Of a stretch of 64,000 nt of DNA, positions 21,733 to 31,098 are shown piece after piece; position 1 is the first letter of the stretch, and every line of letters starts with the position of its first letter. Under the pieces are notes generated by a model. The model saw nothing but the letters and a program-made list of their open reading frames with translations, was not told the DNA's origin and ran no database searches. The stretch lies in IMG/VR virus record IMGVR_UViG_3300037245_003639, one strand, 5' to 3'. Origin of the DNA: a virus. Both the position numbers and the translations under genes were made by a program.

Positions 21733-21990
21733 ATGAGCGACCTCCAGGAATTCGAACGAATCGTCGAATTTAGCTACAATACCAAATCTGTCTGTTTCGT
21801 CGTCCGTTTTCTTGATGGCTCGTCTTACATCCTTAAAACTGAGAACTTGCCCAAAAAGATGCAAACCAAAAAGCCCGAATGGGGAGATGCGGTTCTGAAT
21901 GAAAGTAAGTCCGGATTGGTGGTCAAGGCGGGTGAGGATTTCAGACTCATCGCTTCACATGTCATTCACTCTCGGGGTAAACTTCTATAA
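21733..21990 (+). CDS. Hypothetical protein
   Basis: 85-aa ORF in the operon. Confidence 0.35.
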   Translation: MSDLQEFERIVEFSYNTKSVCFVVRFLDGSSYILKTENLPKKMQTKKPEWGDAVLNESKSGLVVKAGEDFRLIASHVIHSRGKLL

Positions 21991-22020
21991 TTTACAAGGT
22001 TTTAACCTCCTGCTCTCTTA

Positions 22021-22848
22021 ATGGCACAGGGAGGAACCGCCTTGTCAGATATACCTTTAAGAATCTGCTTACACGACCCTGATTACATCAATCCGCCCGA
22101 TTTCGAACACATCCACTGGTTGAGAAAAGTTCGTGACCCAAGTCTCATCAACTGTTATCCCAATTGGGTTATGCAAGAAGAGAATATTGCTCCACACGCA
22201 TACGGATGGATCACTGAACCTCCTGAAATTCTACCTCACCTCCACGATGATTTGCCTAGAATTGAACATCAATTCAAATACATCTTCACCTACCATGATG
22301 AGTCGCTAAACAGGAACCCTGAAAAATACAAACTTTACCTGACGGCTGGTCATACCTGTGAATTACGAGGTATCCCACAAAAGAGCAAACTATGTTCGTT
22401 TGTATGCTCAGCTAAAACAATGTGTCCTTTGCATAAATTCAGACACAGTGTAGTAAGGGCCTTTGAGAACGAAATCGACATCTATGGGTACTACTCGTGG
22501 ATCGATATCAAAAACACGGGGCTGGAGGACTATATGTTCTCAATAGCCATAGAGAACTCAGTACAAAATGATTACTTCTCTGAAAAAATCATTGACTGCT
22601 TCGTAACAGGAACAATACCTATCTATTGGGGAGCCAGAAATTTGGGGCAATACTTCGATTTGGACGGAGTAATTCCATTCGATAAGTTCATAGAGGTCGG
22701 TCCAGCGATGCTCTCTCAGTCCTTGTATGAGTCAAAAAAACAAGCGATGCTCAACAACTTTGAGATAGCCAAGCGATGGTTGTACCCTTACAAGATTTTC
22801 GAGAACATGTACTATCCACTTTTCAAGGAGTGGAGTAAATCTATTTGA
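22021..22848 (+). CDS. GT10 family alpha-1,3/4-fucosyltransferase-like glycosyltransferase
   Basis: FSIAIENSVQNDYFSEKIIDCFVTGTIPIYWG closely parallels the Helicobacter FucT motif FNLCFENSQGYGYVTEKIIDAYFSHTIPIYWG. Confidence 0.7.
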   Translation: MAQGGTALSDIPLRICLHDPDYINPPDFEHIHWLRKVRDPSLINCYPNWVMQEENIAPHAYGWITEPPEILPHLHDDLPRIEHQFKYIFTYHDESLNRNPEKYKLYLTAGHTCELRGIPQKSKLCSFVCSAKTMCPLHKFRHSVVRAFENEIDIYGYYSWIDIKNTGLEDYMFSIAIENSVQNDYFSEKIIDCFVTGTIPIYWGARNLGQYFDLDGVIPFDKFIEVGPAMLSQSLYESKKQAMLNNFEIAKRWLYPYKIFENMYYPLFKEWSKSI

Positions 22849-23857
22849 TACACTTTGTTGAATCGATTAGTAGGGTATAAGCGTTGCCGTCCCAAAATGA
22901 AGACTCCTCGATAATCTTGCCACCGAAATTTAGAACAGTCTCTCGGAAATACTTGATAGATGGCAAATGCCAGAAGGGAGCATAATCATCACGCCTGAAA
23001 TCGCTTGGCACGGTAATCCCTATGGCTTCATTATCTCCTGACAGATTCTTCCAATGCTCCTTAAGATGCTTTTTGACCGCATTCGATAAAGTCGGAATAT
23101 AGAAACCCTTGTCAGGACTGAGCAACCTACCATGGCTCGTAAGAATAAGAGGACGACAAACACAAGAACTCAATATAAGATAGTCTGTCGCCAACTTCAG
23201 CAGAGCTTTGATTGACCCTTCAAAATCTGGACAATGATAAACTACACCTGAAGAGTGAACCACGTTATACCTGTCTGCTACGCTAGTAAAGTTGGATTTG
23301 ATGATACTGGGAGCTATGCCGAAATCTATCATTCTCTCAGCAAAAAGTTTCCAGTCAGGGTTGTCCGCTGGACACATATCCACAAGCGTTACATCGTTCG
23401 CGCCTGCCTTATGAGCCACTGACAATTTCTCATTTACGACCCCCCAAAGACCCCCCACATCAGCAAAAGTTTTTCCATTCACAACAGTTTGTATGAACTC
23501 ATCTCGTCGATCTAAATTCCTGAGCTTTGCGGTGGCTAACTGTAGCGATGGTGAAACGGTTAGCTGTACTAGGTTTCTTTGTCGAAACTCAGATGTCACA
23601 AAAGAGCGAACAGGGTCAGGGTCTTGGGGAGGAATTCGACCTAGTTTATTCAGACAATCACAATACCCAGTGGGCATCCTGCCGTTCATCAACTCTCGTC
23701 TTATGAATTGTATAGCCTCATTATTCCAGGCATCTTCAAAGGCTTCTGTCACCGTAGACGTGTGGAAAGGTTTCTTTTGATAACAGCAATTGAAACACTC
23801 TCCACTAGTCCGGAAGTAGAGTCTTGTCCACGGCATTGTGCATAAAGGTCGCTTCAT
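22841..23857 (-). CDS. SPASM/twitch-like Cys cluster plus class-I SAM-dependent methyltransferase domain
   Basis: N-terminal CTMPWTRLYFRTSGECFNCC fits the SPASM Cx2PW..G..C pattern. MTase motif I FADVGGLWG with acidic LVDM. ATGA-coupled to the upstream radical-SAM ORF. Confidence 0.55.
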   Translation of the reverse strand: MKRPLCTMPWTRLYFRTSGECFNCCYQKKPFHTSTVTEAFEDAWNNEAIQFIRRELMNGRMPTGYCDCLNKLGRIPPQDPDPVRSFVTSEFRQRNLVQLTVSPSLQLATAKLRNLDRRDEFIQTVVNGKTFADVGGLWGVVNEKLSVAHKAGANDVTLVDMCPADNPDWKLFAERMIDFGIAPSIIKSNFTSVADRYNVVHSSGVVYHCPDFEGSIKALLKLATDYLILSSCVCRPLILTSHGRLLSPDKGFYIPTLSNAVKKHLKEHWKNLSGDNEAIGITVPSDFRRDDYAPFWHLPSIKYFRETVLNFGGKIIEESSFWDGNAYTLLIDSTKCIK

Positions 23858-24711
23858 GTGTTAAAAGGCATTTGGAGTTTATCTGCCACTTTCTTAGCTT
23901 TCTCTAATATATCGGGCCAATCTGATGGCAATGAGGATTGCTCTTCATATGAAAAGAAGAACCCGTGTCTCTCATGATTGAAATAGTCTCCTGGATCAGA
24001 TGGGACACACATCTTTCTGTAAGAAATATTGTCGAATCCAATATTATGGCAAACTCTAACGAACTCTGGTAGCTCTTTGTAATTTTCCTTCATCACGATG
24101 AAGACAGCCTCTAAGCGAGGCTTCGATTGTGATCTGGCTTTTTTGGCTTCAGCCAACCTCCGAATATTACCCAGGACTCTATCGAAGTCATTTATGTTGA
24201 CCCCTCGCAACTTATAGAACGTTTCTGGTGTGGCAGCATCCAAACTGAAGGCAATAGCACGTACCGGCCTATCCAAAATCAGTTTCATTCTATCATCTGA
24301 AAGAACTAAGCCATTAGAGAAGAAGCCAATTGATGCGTTAGCCGTCAATTTCACCATATCGGGGAATGTCTTCGCTAACATTGGTTCCCCAACCCCACTA
24401 ATGCTGACATGCGAAGTATACTTAAGGCAGTTAGCAATCCACTGAACCAACTCCTTCGGCATATCATATTCAGGAGTTGCACCAAAAGCCCGAGAAACCC
24501 TGCTACACATAGGACAGGGAGGGTTTATGTTACATCGAGATGTGGACTCCAGCTCGACTAGAGTCGGATATCTCGATGATTTCATTCCGAAAAGTTCTGT
24601 TTCCTCCTCAAATTCTATCTCCTTCGGCTGTTTCGCAACAACAATGTTCTTATCTCTCGCAATAAACCATTCTCGAACTGCCAAATCAGGAATATCTTCG
24701 GGCTCTAACAT
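23854..24711 (-). CDS. Radical SAM domain protein (non-canonical CX5CX2C cluster)
   Basis: TSRCNINPPCPMCS, glycine-rich ISGVGEPML (GGEPLL-like), SLDAATPETF. Its SPASM partner sits at the start of the next ORF. Confidence 0.6.
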   Translation of the reverse strand: MLEPEDIPDLAVREWFIARDKNIVVAKQPKEIEFEEETELFGMKSSRYPTLVELESTSRCNINPPCPMCSRVSRAFGATPEYDMPKELVQWIANCLKYTSHVSISGVGEPMLAKTFPDMVKLTANASIGFFSNGLVLSDDRMKLILDRPVRAIAFSLDAATPETFYKLRGVNINDFDRVLGNIRRLAEAKKARSQSKPRLEAVFIVMKENYKELPEFVRVCHNIGFDNISYRKMCVPSDPGDYFNHERHGFFFSYEEQSSLPSDWPDILEKAKKVADKLQMPFNT

Positions 24712-24724
24712 TCGTTATTATACC

Positions 24725-24753
24725 TTGACGACCCCCCAAATCCCTGTTACAGT
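24725..24753 (+). promoter_or_regulatory. Sigma70-like promoter TTGACG-N-TACAGT in a divergent intergenic region
   Basis: TTGACG at 24725-24730, 17-nt spacer, TACAGT at 24748-24753, GAGGAG RBS. On the opposite strand a TATAAT lies 5 nt before the radical-SAM ATG. Confidence 0.45.
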
Positions 24754-24774
24754 GTCAGACTGAGAGGAGACTAT

Positions 24775-25242
24775 ATGGCTGGCAGCATCACGGTTTTGTG
24801 CGGACTCTCATGCTCAGGAAAATCCACTTGGGTCCGAAAAAACGGCTGGAGTTACGTGGTTCTTTGCCCCGACGAATTCCGCCGGATACTCCATGGACAT
24901 GATTTTTATGGGGCGGCTGAAGAATTCGTTTGGGGCAGTGTGAAAACTGCGGCCCGAGTCCTTGCAGGACCACAGAAACGTGATATACTGATTGATGCTA
25001 CGGCTATCACAGTTGGACAGCGTGGCCAGTGGGTTCGGATTGCCAAAGAGATTGGTGTCCCAATCATCTGTTTCGTTTTTGATGTTCCGCTCGAAGTTTG
25101 CCTCGAACGGAATCAGGCACGCAAACGAAAAGTGCCAGATGATGTCTTAAATAGGCAAGCGGACCTTTTTGAGTTCCCCACGGAGGACGAAGGCTTCGCT
25201 TCTGTGAGGAAGGTTGAAAGTGAAGACAAATCGTCTAATTGA
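24775..25242 (+). CDS. P-loop kinase, T4 polynucleotide-kinase (Pnk) kinase-domain-like
   Basis: ITVLCGLSCSGKSTWVRK parallels T4 Pnk IILTIGCPGSGKSTWARE. 155 aa, kinase domain only. Confidence 0.55.
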   Translation: MAGSITVLCGLSCSGKSTWVRKNGWSYVVLCPDEFRRILHGHDFYGAAEEFVWGSVKTAARVLAGPQKRDILIDATAITVGQRGQWVRIAKEIGVPIICFVFDVPLEVCLERNQARKRKVPDDVLNRQADLFEFPTEDEGFASVRKVESEDKSSN

Positions 25243-26095
25243 ATCAGACTGTGATCACGAAATTCTCACTGCCGATGAAGAAACGCAACTAGCCGAGACG
25301 ATTCAGGAAGCCGCAAAATCTTATGACCTTCTCATTACGAGCCGGATAACTCTCAATGAATATGAGAAACTCCAGACCAGTGCTCGCATTGCCCGAGACA
25401 CACTTGTATCTCAAAATCGTCGGCTAGTCGCTAGCCTTGCCACTCATTATCATCCTCGTCCTCCGCTTAGCATCGATGATTTGATTAGTGAAGGCAACTT
25501 AGCCCTTCTTGCCGCCATACAGCGTTTCAAACCTAGCCAAGGGCGTTTCACTACCTATGCTGGCTATGACATCAACCAGGCCATGGTTCGTTTTCTTAGC
25601 TCACAAACGTCAATGATTTCCGTTCCTGCTTACCTGATTGAGGATTTCGCCGAAGTGCGCAGTGCCATCAGGGAGTTGAAAACTCAGCTTGAACGAGATC
25701 CCACTGTTTCCGAAATAGCGAAATACACTGGAAAAGTTGAGAAACGTATTAGAACTATTCTAGCGGCAATCCAATGTCGCTATGCTCACGTTGCTTCCTT
25801 AGATACTTCTATGAATGAAAATGAGCGACCCATTGCCATTGAAGACTTCAAAGCTGTATTGCCATTGGATCGAATCGCCGAGAAAACCAGAGACAAAGCT
25901 ATATTCAAACATCTGAAATCAACTTTGAACCCGCGAGAGTTTCGGGTTATCAAACTATATTTCGGCTTCGGCCAGGATAGATCGCGAACTTTGCAGGAAG
26001 TGGGGGATATCCTAGGACTAACCCGAGAAAGGATTCGTCAGATAATCAACGAATCTAAAGTAAAAGTTCACACAGTTCTCAGCAAAGAGTTATAA
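25214..26095 (+). CDS. RNA polymerase sigma-70 family factor
   Basis: Region 2 LISEGNLALLAAIQRFKPSQGRFTTYAGYDINQAMVRFL. Region 4 HTH RTLQEVGDILGLTRERIRQI. Confidence 0.8.
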   Translation: MKVKTNRLIESDCDHEILTADEETQLAETIQEAAKSYDLLITSRITLNEYEKLQTSARIARDTLVSQNRRLVASLATHYHPRPPLSIDDLISEGNLALLAAIQRFKPSQGRFTTYAGYDINQAMVRFLSSQTSMISVPAYLIEDFAEVRSAIRELKTQLERDPTVSEIAKYTGKVEKRIRTILAAIQCRYAHVASLDTSMNENERPIAIEDFKAVLPLDRIAEKTRDKAIFKHLKSTLNPREFRVIKLYFGFGQDRSRTLQEVGDILGLTRERIRQIINESKVKVHTVLSKEL

Positions 26096-26101
26096 TAGAC
26101 C

Positions 26102-26491
26102 ATGGAACAGAGAGCATCTATAGCAATCTATCAACGAGCAGTAGAAACTGAGGATGAAACTTGCCCTATCACTCCAGATGAGGTTTTCGAAGCCGCGAAA
26201 GAAGTGTCTCTCACCAGAGGGACTAAAATTGTTCGTAATAGAACCGGCGTCTTTGTGATAACCTATTCCGAGACTGGCCCTTTTACTGACCGACGACTTG
26301 CTCAGGATTGGCTACCTGTACAAGTTTACATGATGAAACAGTGGGCTTCGGGTGGCATCAAAGAAAGTGAGATGCGGGTTTACGATGAAAATTACGAAAA
26401 CACAAACCATGAAATTGACGAGATTGAATCCAACGAGAGTGAAAGCCATGAAACTGATGATGGGTCTATTCCTCGGCCTACTACTAGTTAG
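26102..26491 (+). CDS. Hypothetical protein
   Basis: 129-aa ORF downstream of sigma. Confidence 0.35.
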   Translation: MEQRASIAIYQRAVETEDETCPITPDEVFEAAKEVSLTRGTKIVRNRTGVFVITYSETGPFTDRRLAQDWLPVQVYMMKQWASGGIKESEMRVYDENYENTNHEIDEIESNESESHETDDGSIPRPTTS

Positions 26492-26554
26492 CACTTGCAC
26501 TCCCCTCGATAACCAACTTGGATGGGTTGATGGAGTATGCATTGATCACGGCAA

Positions 26555-26929
26555 ATGTCCGCCCTCGATACCATGAGTGATAATCCCCAAAGTTATGGCC
26601 GTCAAATGCGAGAGAAGGTAGATGCGTCTCAGGAGTTTGACCATAAAAAGGTCAGCGAACATCTTACGCGGGTTCTAGGATTTGTAGCAAACCAGCATAA
26701 AGATGCCATCATTCACGATATCAACAGACTCGTTGGACAAGACCGTTTGAAAGAATTAGACGGTTATGTTCTGGCCCTCTCCCATTGTATGGAACATGAT
26801 CTTGCCTGGCATTGTTTGTCAGAAGCATACCATTTTTATCTGAAACCGATACCAGACAAATACTATCATATCTTCAACAAAGACCGGAAAGAAGACCAAA
26901 GTCCTCCACCAACAATGAGCGTAGAATGA
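26555..26929 (+). CDS. Hypothetical protein
   Basis: 124-aa ORF; ATGA overlap with the next gene. Confidence 0.3.
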   Translation: MSALDTMSDNPQSYGRQMREKVDASQEFDHKKVSEHLTRVLGFVANQHKDAIIHDINRLVGQDRLKELDGYVLALSHCMEHDLAWHCLSEAYHFYLKPIPDKYYHIFNKDRKEDQSPPPTMSVE

Positions 26930-27738
26930 CTATTGATGAATTTCAGAAGCTATTGATTCTAGTGCGACACGGGGAAAGCGAAGGTAACATTGACCATTCT
27001 GTCTACGCCCGAAAGAAAAACTTCGACATTGGTCTCACCGAGAAAGGCAAGGAGCAGTCCCGATTAGCAGGCCAGCACATTCGGGACTTCGTTAATACTG
27101 TCGAGATTAGAAATTCAGATGTCAAAACCAACTTGTGGATTTCTACAAATTATTATTGTTCGCCTTATGTCCGAGCCAAAGAAACGCTCCAAGAGATACA
27201 TAAAGTCGTCCATCCGGGCGGCAACCATGATGCCTACAGGGAAGAACTACTATGCTCGGAGCAAGCTTGGGGTGAAGCGGAGGGAACAGCAGGATATGAT
27301 GCCTACATGGACAGTCTACGCAGTGAAACCTATATAGAGAACCAACAAGGGATAACTAACCAAGAAACTTACGAAAGAGAAAAACGGCTCAGAAAGATCC
27401 TGGACCACATCCGTTACCGACCGACCCGTGGCGAAAACCTAATGGATGTGTACATGCGGGCTGGTCTTTTCATGGAGAAATTTAACTGGTTTTCAAATGA
27501 CCAAATAGCTATCGTCTCAGCCCACAAAGGCTTTCTAACCATGCTGCACTACTACCTGATAGGTGGCATGCCTTCAACAAGCGAATTTCCGATGTTGGGA
27601 CTTGCCGGTTCTACCGAAGCAGAGCAATCTCATGAACGCGCCGGCTGGAAGAACGGTAAAGTCAGAGTCTATTGTTTGACTCCGAATGCTCAATACCGAG
27701 CCAGATTCATAGGACAACTACCCGATCTCGATTCCTAA
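26926..27738 (+). CDS. Histidine phosphatase superfamily (phosphoglycerate-mutase-like) protein
   Basis: LILVRHGESEGN RHG motif. In-frame ATG at 26926 overlapping the upstream stop. Confidence 0.6.
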   Translation: MTIDEFQKLLILVRHGESEGNIDHSVYARKKNFDIGLTEKGKEQSRLAGQHIRDFVNTVEIRNSDVKTNLWISTNYYCSPYVRAKETLQEIHKVVHPGGNHDAYREELLCSEQAWGEAEGTAGYDAYMDSLRSETYIENQQGITNQETYEREKRLRKILDHIRYRPTRGENLMDVYMRAGLFMEKFNWFSNDQIAIVSAHKGFLTMLHYYLIGGMPSTSEFPMLGLAGSTEAEQSHERAGWKNGKVRVYCLTPNAQYRARFIGQLPDLDS

Positions 27739-28551
27739 GACATCTTCATCTGCTTCCAATGCGGTGAGCTTATCAGAAGCGATCTGACCCACTAGTTCAT
27801 TTTCCATAGCTTCCGCGACCATTAAGCCAATGGTTTCTAGACGAGCAGCCGTATTCTGGTCAAAATCATCATTCAGTGTAACGTTGACCTTCATCAGTTG
27901 GGCATGGGAAGTCTCCTGACGAAGTTGACCATTGCCTGATATGGAGGCTTGGCGACGAAAAGATCGGATAGCATCCCCGTCGAGAATGCGAGCCGATGCA
28001 TCAATAAAACCATCTTCAAGGAAACGTTTATACTCCTTGCTCGTCATCGTCGTTCCACGATAACGAACTTGCAATCCGCGATCATCAGCAAATTTCACTG
28101 AATGTGAAGTTCCATGTTTCTCAAACTGGCCACCCGTCAGAAGCGTTGCTCCATCTTTGAAAAAGTAGATTGCCATGCCTAGTTCATGCAATCTATAACC
28201 ATAACAGTCTCTGCCTGTACGAGTCAAGGTATGGGCGTTATCTTTGATGCGTTGCTGATAAGTCTTGACACCTTTCTTTTCCTTAAACTTACTCCAAGAG
28301 GAAGCTCCGCCATACTGTCGCATATACTTCTCTACAAGTTCAATTATTCTATCCCACGGAACGAAAGTGTCTTTATACTGAGCCAACCCGCAAATGACTG
28401 CATGATAACAAGATCCCGGCAAAGACGGGATCTTCACACCATTCACTTCGGTCATCTTATCAAGAGGGATTCTTTTCGAATCCGCAAACGAATAATTGCG
28501 GATTTTGGGTTTGCGCATTTTAGAACTTTTGGCTACATTATTCATGACCAT
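27718..28551 (-). CDS. Hypothetical protein
   Basis: 277-aa ORF; convergent 21-nt overlap with the + strand gene. Confidence 0.4.
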   Translation of the reverse strand: MVMNNVAKSSKMRKPKIRNYSFADSKRIPLDKMTEVNGVKIPSLPGSCYHAVICGLAQYKDTFVPWDRIIELVEKYMRQYGGASSWSKFKEKKGVKTYQQRIKDNAHTLTRTGRDCYGYRLHELGMAIYFFKDGATLLTGGQFEKHGTSHSVKFADDRGLQVRYRGTTMTSKEYKRFLEDGFIDASARILDGDAIRSFRRQASISGNGQLRQETSHAQLMKVNVTLNDDFDQNTAARLETIGLMVAEAMENELVGQIASDKLTALEADEDVLGIEIG

Positions 28552-28557
28552 TCTCCA

Positions 28558-28860
28558 TTATTCAATTTCTACTGAAGGCGTTTGCATCGGGGTTTCTACC
28601 TCAGGTGCAAATTCAGGAGCAGGTGGAGTCTGTTGAATATCATTACAACGAAGCTCTCTGCTTATCGCATCGAGTGCGGTTTGTCCCTGGGGATAAGTTT
28701 GGTACATAGACATTATAACGCTACAACATTCAGGAGCAGGGGCTCTCATATTTTGTAACTGGGTTAAAGCGCTAGTTACATCCATATTACCGTTAGCCAC
28801 TTCGGAAAGAATAGAATTCATCATCTGTTGAGCGCATACTGTTTTTTGAACCCAGTTCAT
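28558..28860 (-). CDS. Hypothetical protein
   Basis: 100-aa ORF. Confidence 0.35.
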   Translation of the reverse strand: MNWVQKTVCAQQMMNSILSEVANGNMDVTSALTQLQNMRAPAPECCSVIMSMYQTYPQGQTALDAISRELRCNDIQQTPPAPEFAPEVETPMQTPSVEIE

Positions 28861-28862
28861 AT

Positions 28863-29636
28863 TTATCCCACCAAAATAAGGTCACACCCAGGAGTATTAA
28901 CCAATAACTTTTCCCAAGAGACTTTGTAGAATCCATTTTTGTAACGGGCCAAATCACCTTTCAAATATTGATGATCTGAATCAACGATAAAAACCCCTTT
29001 ATCATCGTAGCCTCTAATTACTACCGAATGTTCCTCTTGCTCTCCTGTTATATCTGAATCAGCTTCTCCGCCTTTCTTTAGCTTGAACATCGAAGTCACA
29101 TTAACTGAGACCACTACCGGATGGCCTTTGTCAAGTGACCGCCTAATGTACTTCGGAAAGTCATTATCGATAATCAGGTTGTTGTCATATTCTTGCGATT
29201 CCAACCATTCAATCAAATCTGTGACACATTCTTCTCTGCTCTTTTGAACCATACAGTACGATGCGTGAGGAGCCATATGCCCTATCGACCGCCTTACATG
29301 AGTTCGAACTTTCTTGAGCTTTGCGATTATCTGTTTTTTGGTTAGGCTGATCCAGCTATAATCAACCATGTCTGTATCCGAGGTTACCAGGGTCAGCCAT
29401 TCAAAACCCAAATCATTTAGCAACTGGGCCTGCTGCGAAGTGTAAAGACCAGACTTTCTTCTACGAATCGGAATTAATTGACGTACATTTTTATACGATA
29501 GAGCCTTATCATAGTAATTCGCAATCGACGACGCAGCACAAACAGAGCATTCTCCTTCTTTCTGCTTGAAGCGCTTAATAGATAGTAAAACTTTTTTCTG
29601 TGCCATTATACAATCCTTTGACTGGCTTGCACACAA
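28863..29636 (-). CDS. Papain-fold cysteine peptidase, C39-like
   Basis: Candidate Cys GECSVCAASSIANYY. Candidate His/Asp HSVVIRGYDDKGVFIVDSD, resembling C39 HfvVl.G.d...v.i.DP. Confidence 0.4.
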   Translation of the reverse strand: MCASQSKDCIMAQKKVLLSIKRFKQKEGECSVCAASSIANYYDKALSYKNVRQLIPIRRRKSGLYTSQQAQLLNDLGFEWLTLVTSDTDMVDYSWISLTKKQIIAKLKKVRTHVRRSIGHMAPHASYCMVQKSREECVTDLIEWLESQEYDNNLIIDNDFPKYIRRSLDKGHPVVVSVNVTSMFKLKKGGEADSDITGEQEEHSVVIRGYDDKGVFIVDSDHQYLKGDLARYKNGFYKVSWEKLLVNTPGCDLILVG

Positions 29637-29662
29637 TTGGAGAATAATCTACATTTAAAACT

Positions 29663-29692
29663 ACAGGCAGGGGTTGCTCAATCCCTGCCTGT
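29663..29692. terminator. Bidirectional terminator hairpin
   Basis: Perfect 10-bp stem ACAGGCAGGG / CCCTGCCTGT with a 10-nt loop. U-tract on the minus-strand transcript downstream of the GT2 gene. Confidence 0.4.
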
Positions 29693-29792
29693 CCCCAAAA
29701 AGTATAGTTTAGAAATGATAACTATGGGGAAATAAACGAGTTATGATTTTTGACACAGATTTATAAACGTATAAGATCTCTCTCCGACACGG

Positions 29793-30743
29793 TTAGCCGA
29801 CTGTCACAATTTTGTGCAATAGGCATTCTTGGACTATTTGATCCCGATACTTCAGCCAAGCAGTTTCCACACGAAAATTAGGTTCCTGTACCAAAGATGG
29901 AAGATCTAATCCAGCCTCTGCCTCTTTCTCAGCTTGAATTTTGTCAGGAGGGAATGCCGGAAACAAACTTGGTTCACTAGCACCGGCATGAATAACTCCA
30001 TAATAAGGATGGTAGCCAATATTTACCTTTGCACGCATGGCTCGTTGAGAATACTCTCTGAAGCAACTTCTTAGGAAACGTTCGTCGAGGTAACCCAGAG
30101 CATCAAAGGCTTCTTTGGAAAACTGAATACAAGCGCTCTGTAGATATGCTCGTTTCTTATGGACTTTTCTTACCAATATCTGGAATGTATCTATGAAATT
30201 GCTGCTTGGATGGACTGACACCAAAGCGACCATGCCGACTTTGTTTTCTGTTCCAAACTCTTCCAAATGTTGTAGAAATGCCGTGTGATGTTTGATATCA
30301 GCATCGGTGAACGTCTTTTTCTTACGATGTTGACCAATACCTCTAATCACTCCTATGCTCCTGGGAGCCCCCGCCAACGGGTCAGCCTTTGCAGGAGTGT
30401 TAGCGTTGGGAGGTAGCTTTTCTGGCGGTTTTTGGAGCGTATTATGGAGCACGAGATCATTGTCCATCTTCGTTCTATACGGATAATCTGCGGTCACCAT
30501 GAAGAAGAGATTCCAAGCCACCGAGATGCTTGCCTGTGGAATATGAATAAGATTTTTGATGGGAACCAGACCCGACTTGACATACCCCTTCAGTTTAGCT
30601 TTGGTTTCCGCATTAGAACCATTATCTATCACATAAACATCATATGTGAGTTTGGGCTGAGCAGAGTAATAGATACTCTCCAATGTTTGTTGAGTAAGCT
30701 CCCAGCGGTCTTTCACAAGTATTCCTACAGCATGATGTCTCAT
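29793..30743 (-). CDS. GT2 family glycosyltransferase
   Basis: N-terminal GILVKDRWELTQQTLESIYYSAQP...YDVYVIDNGS (DxD/DNGS motif). Confidence 0.55.
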   Translation of the reverse strand: MRHHAVGILVKDRWELTQQTLESIYYSAQPKLTYDVYVIDNGSNAETKAKLKGYVKSGLVPIKNLIHIPQASISVAWNLFFMVTADYPYRTKMDNDLVLHNTLQKPPEKLPPNANTPAKADPLAGAPRSIGVIRGIGQHRKKKTFTDADIKHHTAFLQHLEEFGTENKVGMVALVSVHPSSNFIDTFQILVRKVHKKRAYLQSACIQFSKEAFDALGYLDERFLRSCFREYSQRAMRAKVNIGYHPYYGVIHAGASEPSLFPAFPPDKIQAEKEAEAGLDLPSLVQEPNFRVETAWLKYRDQIVQECLLHKIVTVG

Positions 30744-30744
30744 C

Positions 30745-31098
30745 TTATTCGACCTCTTTCAAATCTTCAGGGTTGATACGACGAATCTGGGCTTCGGGAG
30801 AAAAGACACCGCCCTGCACCAATTCCTCCCGAAGCTCTTCCGTTAACTCAGGTTTAACCACCGGCTCCATGAGTGAGTACCCGAAAATTAAACTAAGCAC
30901 ATCAGCAGCCGCCAAATTACGTTCCCGAAAACCTGTTATACCGTGCTGATCATGTAGCCGCATGGCCACATTGGATTCGTAAGTTAGACGTAAACTATCA
31001 TCCTCCGCGATAGCCTTACCCATTATTTCTCGCGCTTTTGCAAAATCAGTCATTTCGCCCCTCATCTGGTTTCCTCCCCGAGCGGCGTATTCTTCCAT
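30745..31098 (-). CDS. Hypothetical protein
   Basis: 117-aa ORF. Confidence 0.35.
   Translation of the reverse strand: MEEYAARGGNQMRGEMTDFAKAREIMGKAIAEDDSLRLTYESNVAMRLHDQHGITGFRERNLAAADVLSLIFGYSLMEPVVKPELTEELREELVQGGVFSPEAQIRRINPEDLKEVE

Noticed and set aside
23437-24739. Shared 13-mer 'acgaccccccaaa' at 23437 and 24727 as a possible regulatory repeat
   Set aside because: Only two copies, one inside a coding region. This is insufficient to distinguish from chance.
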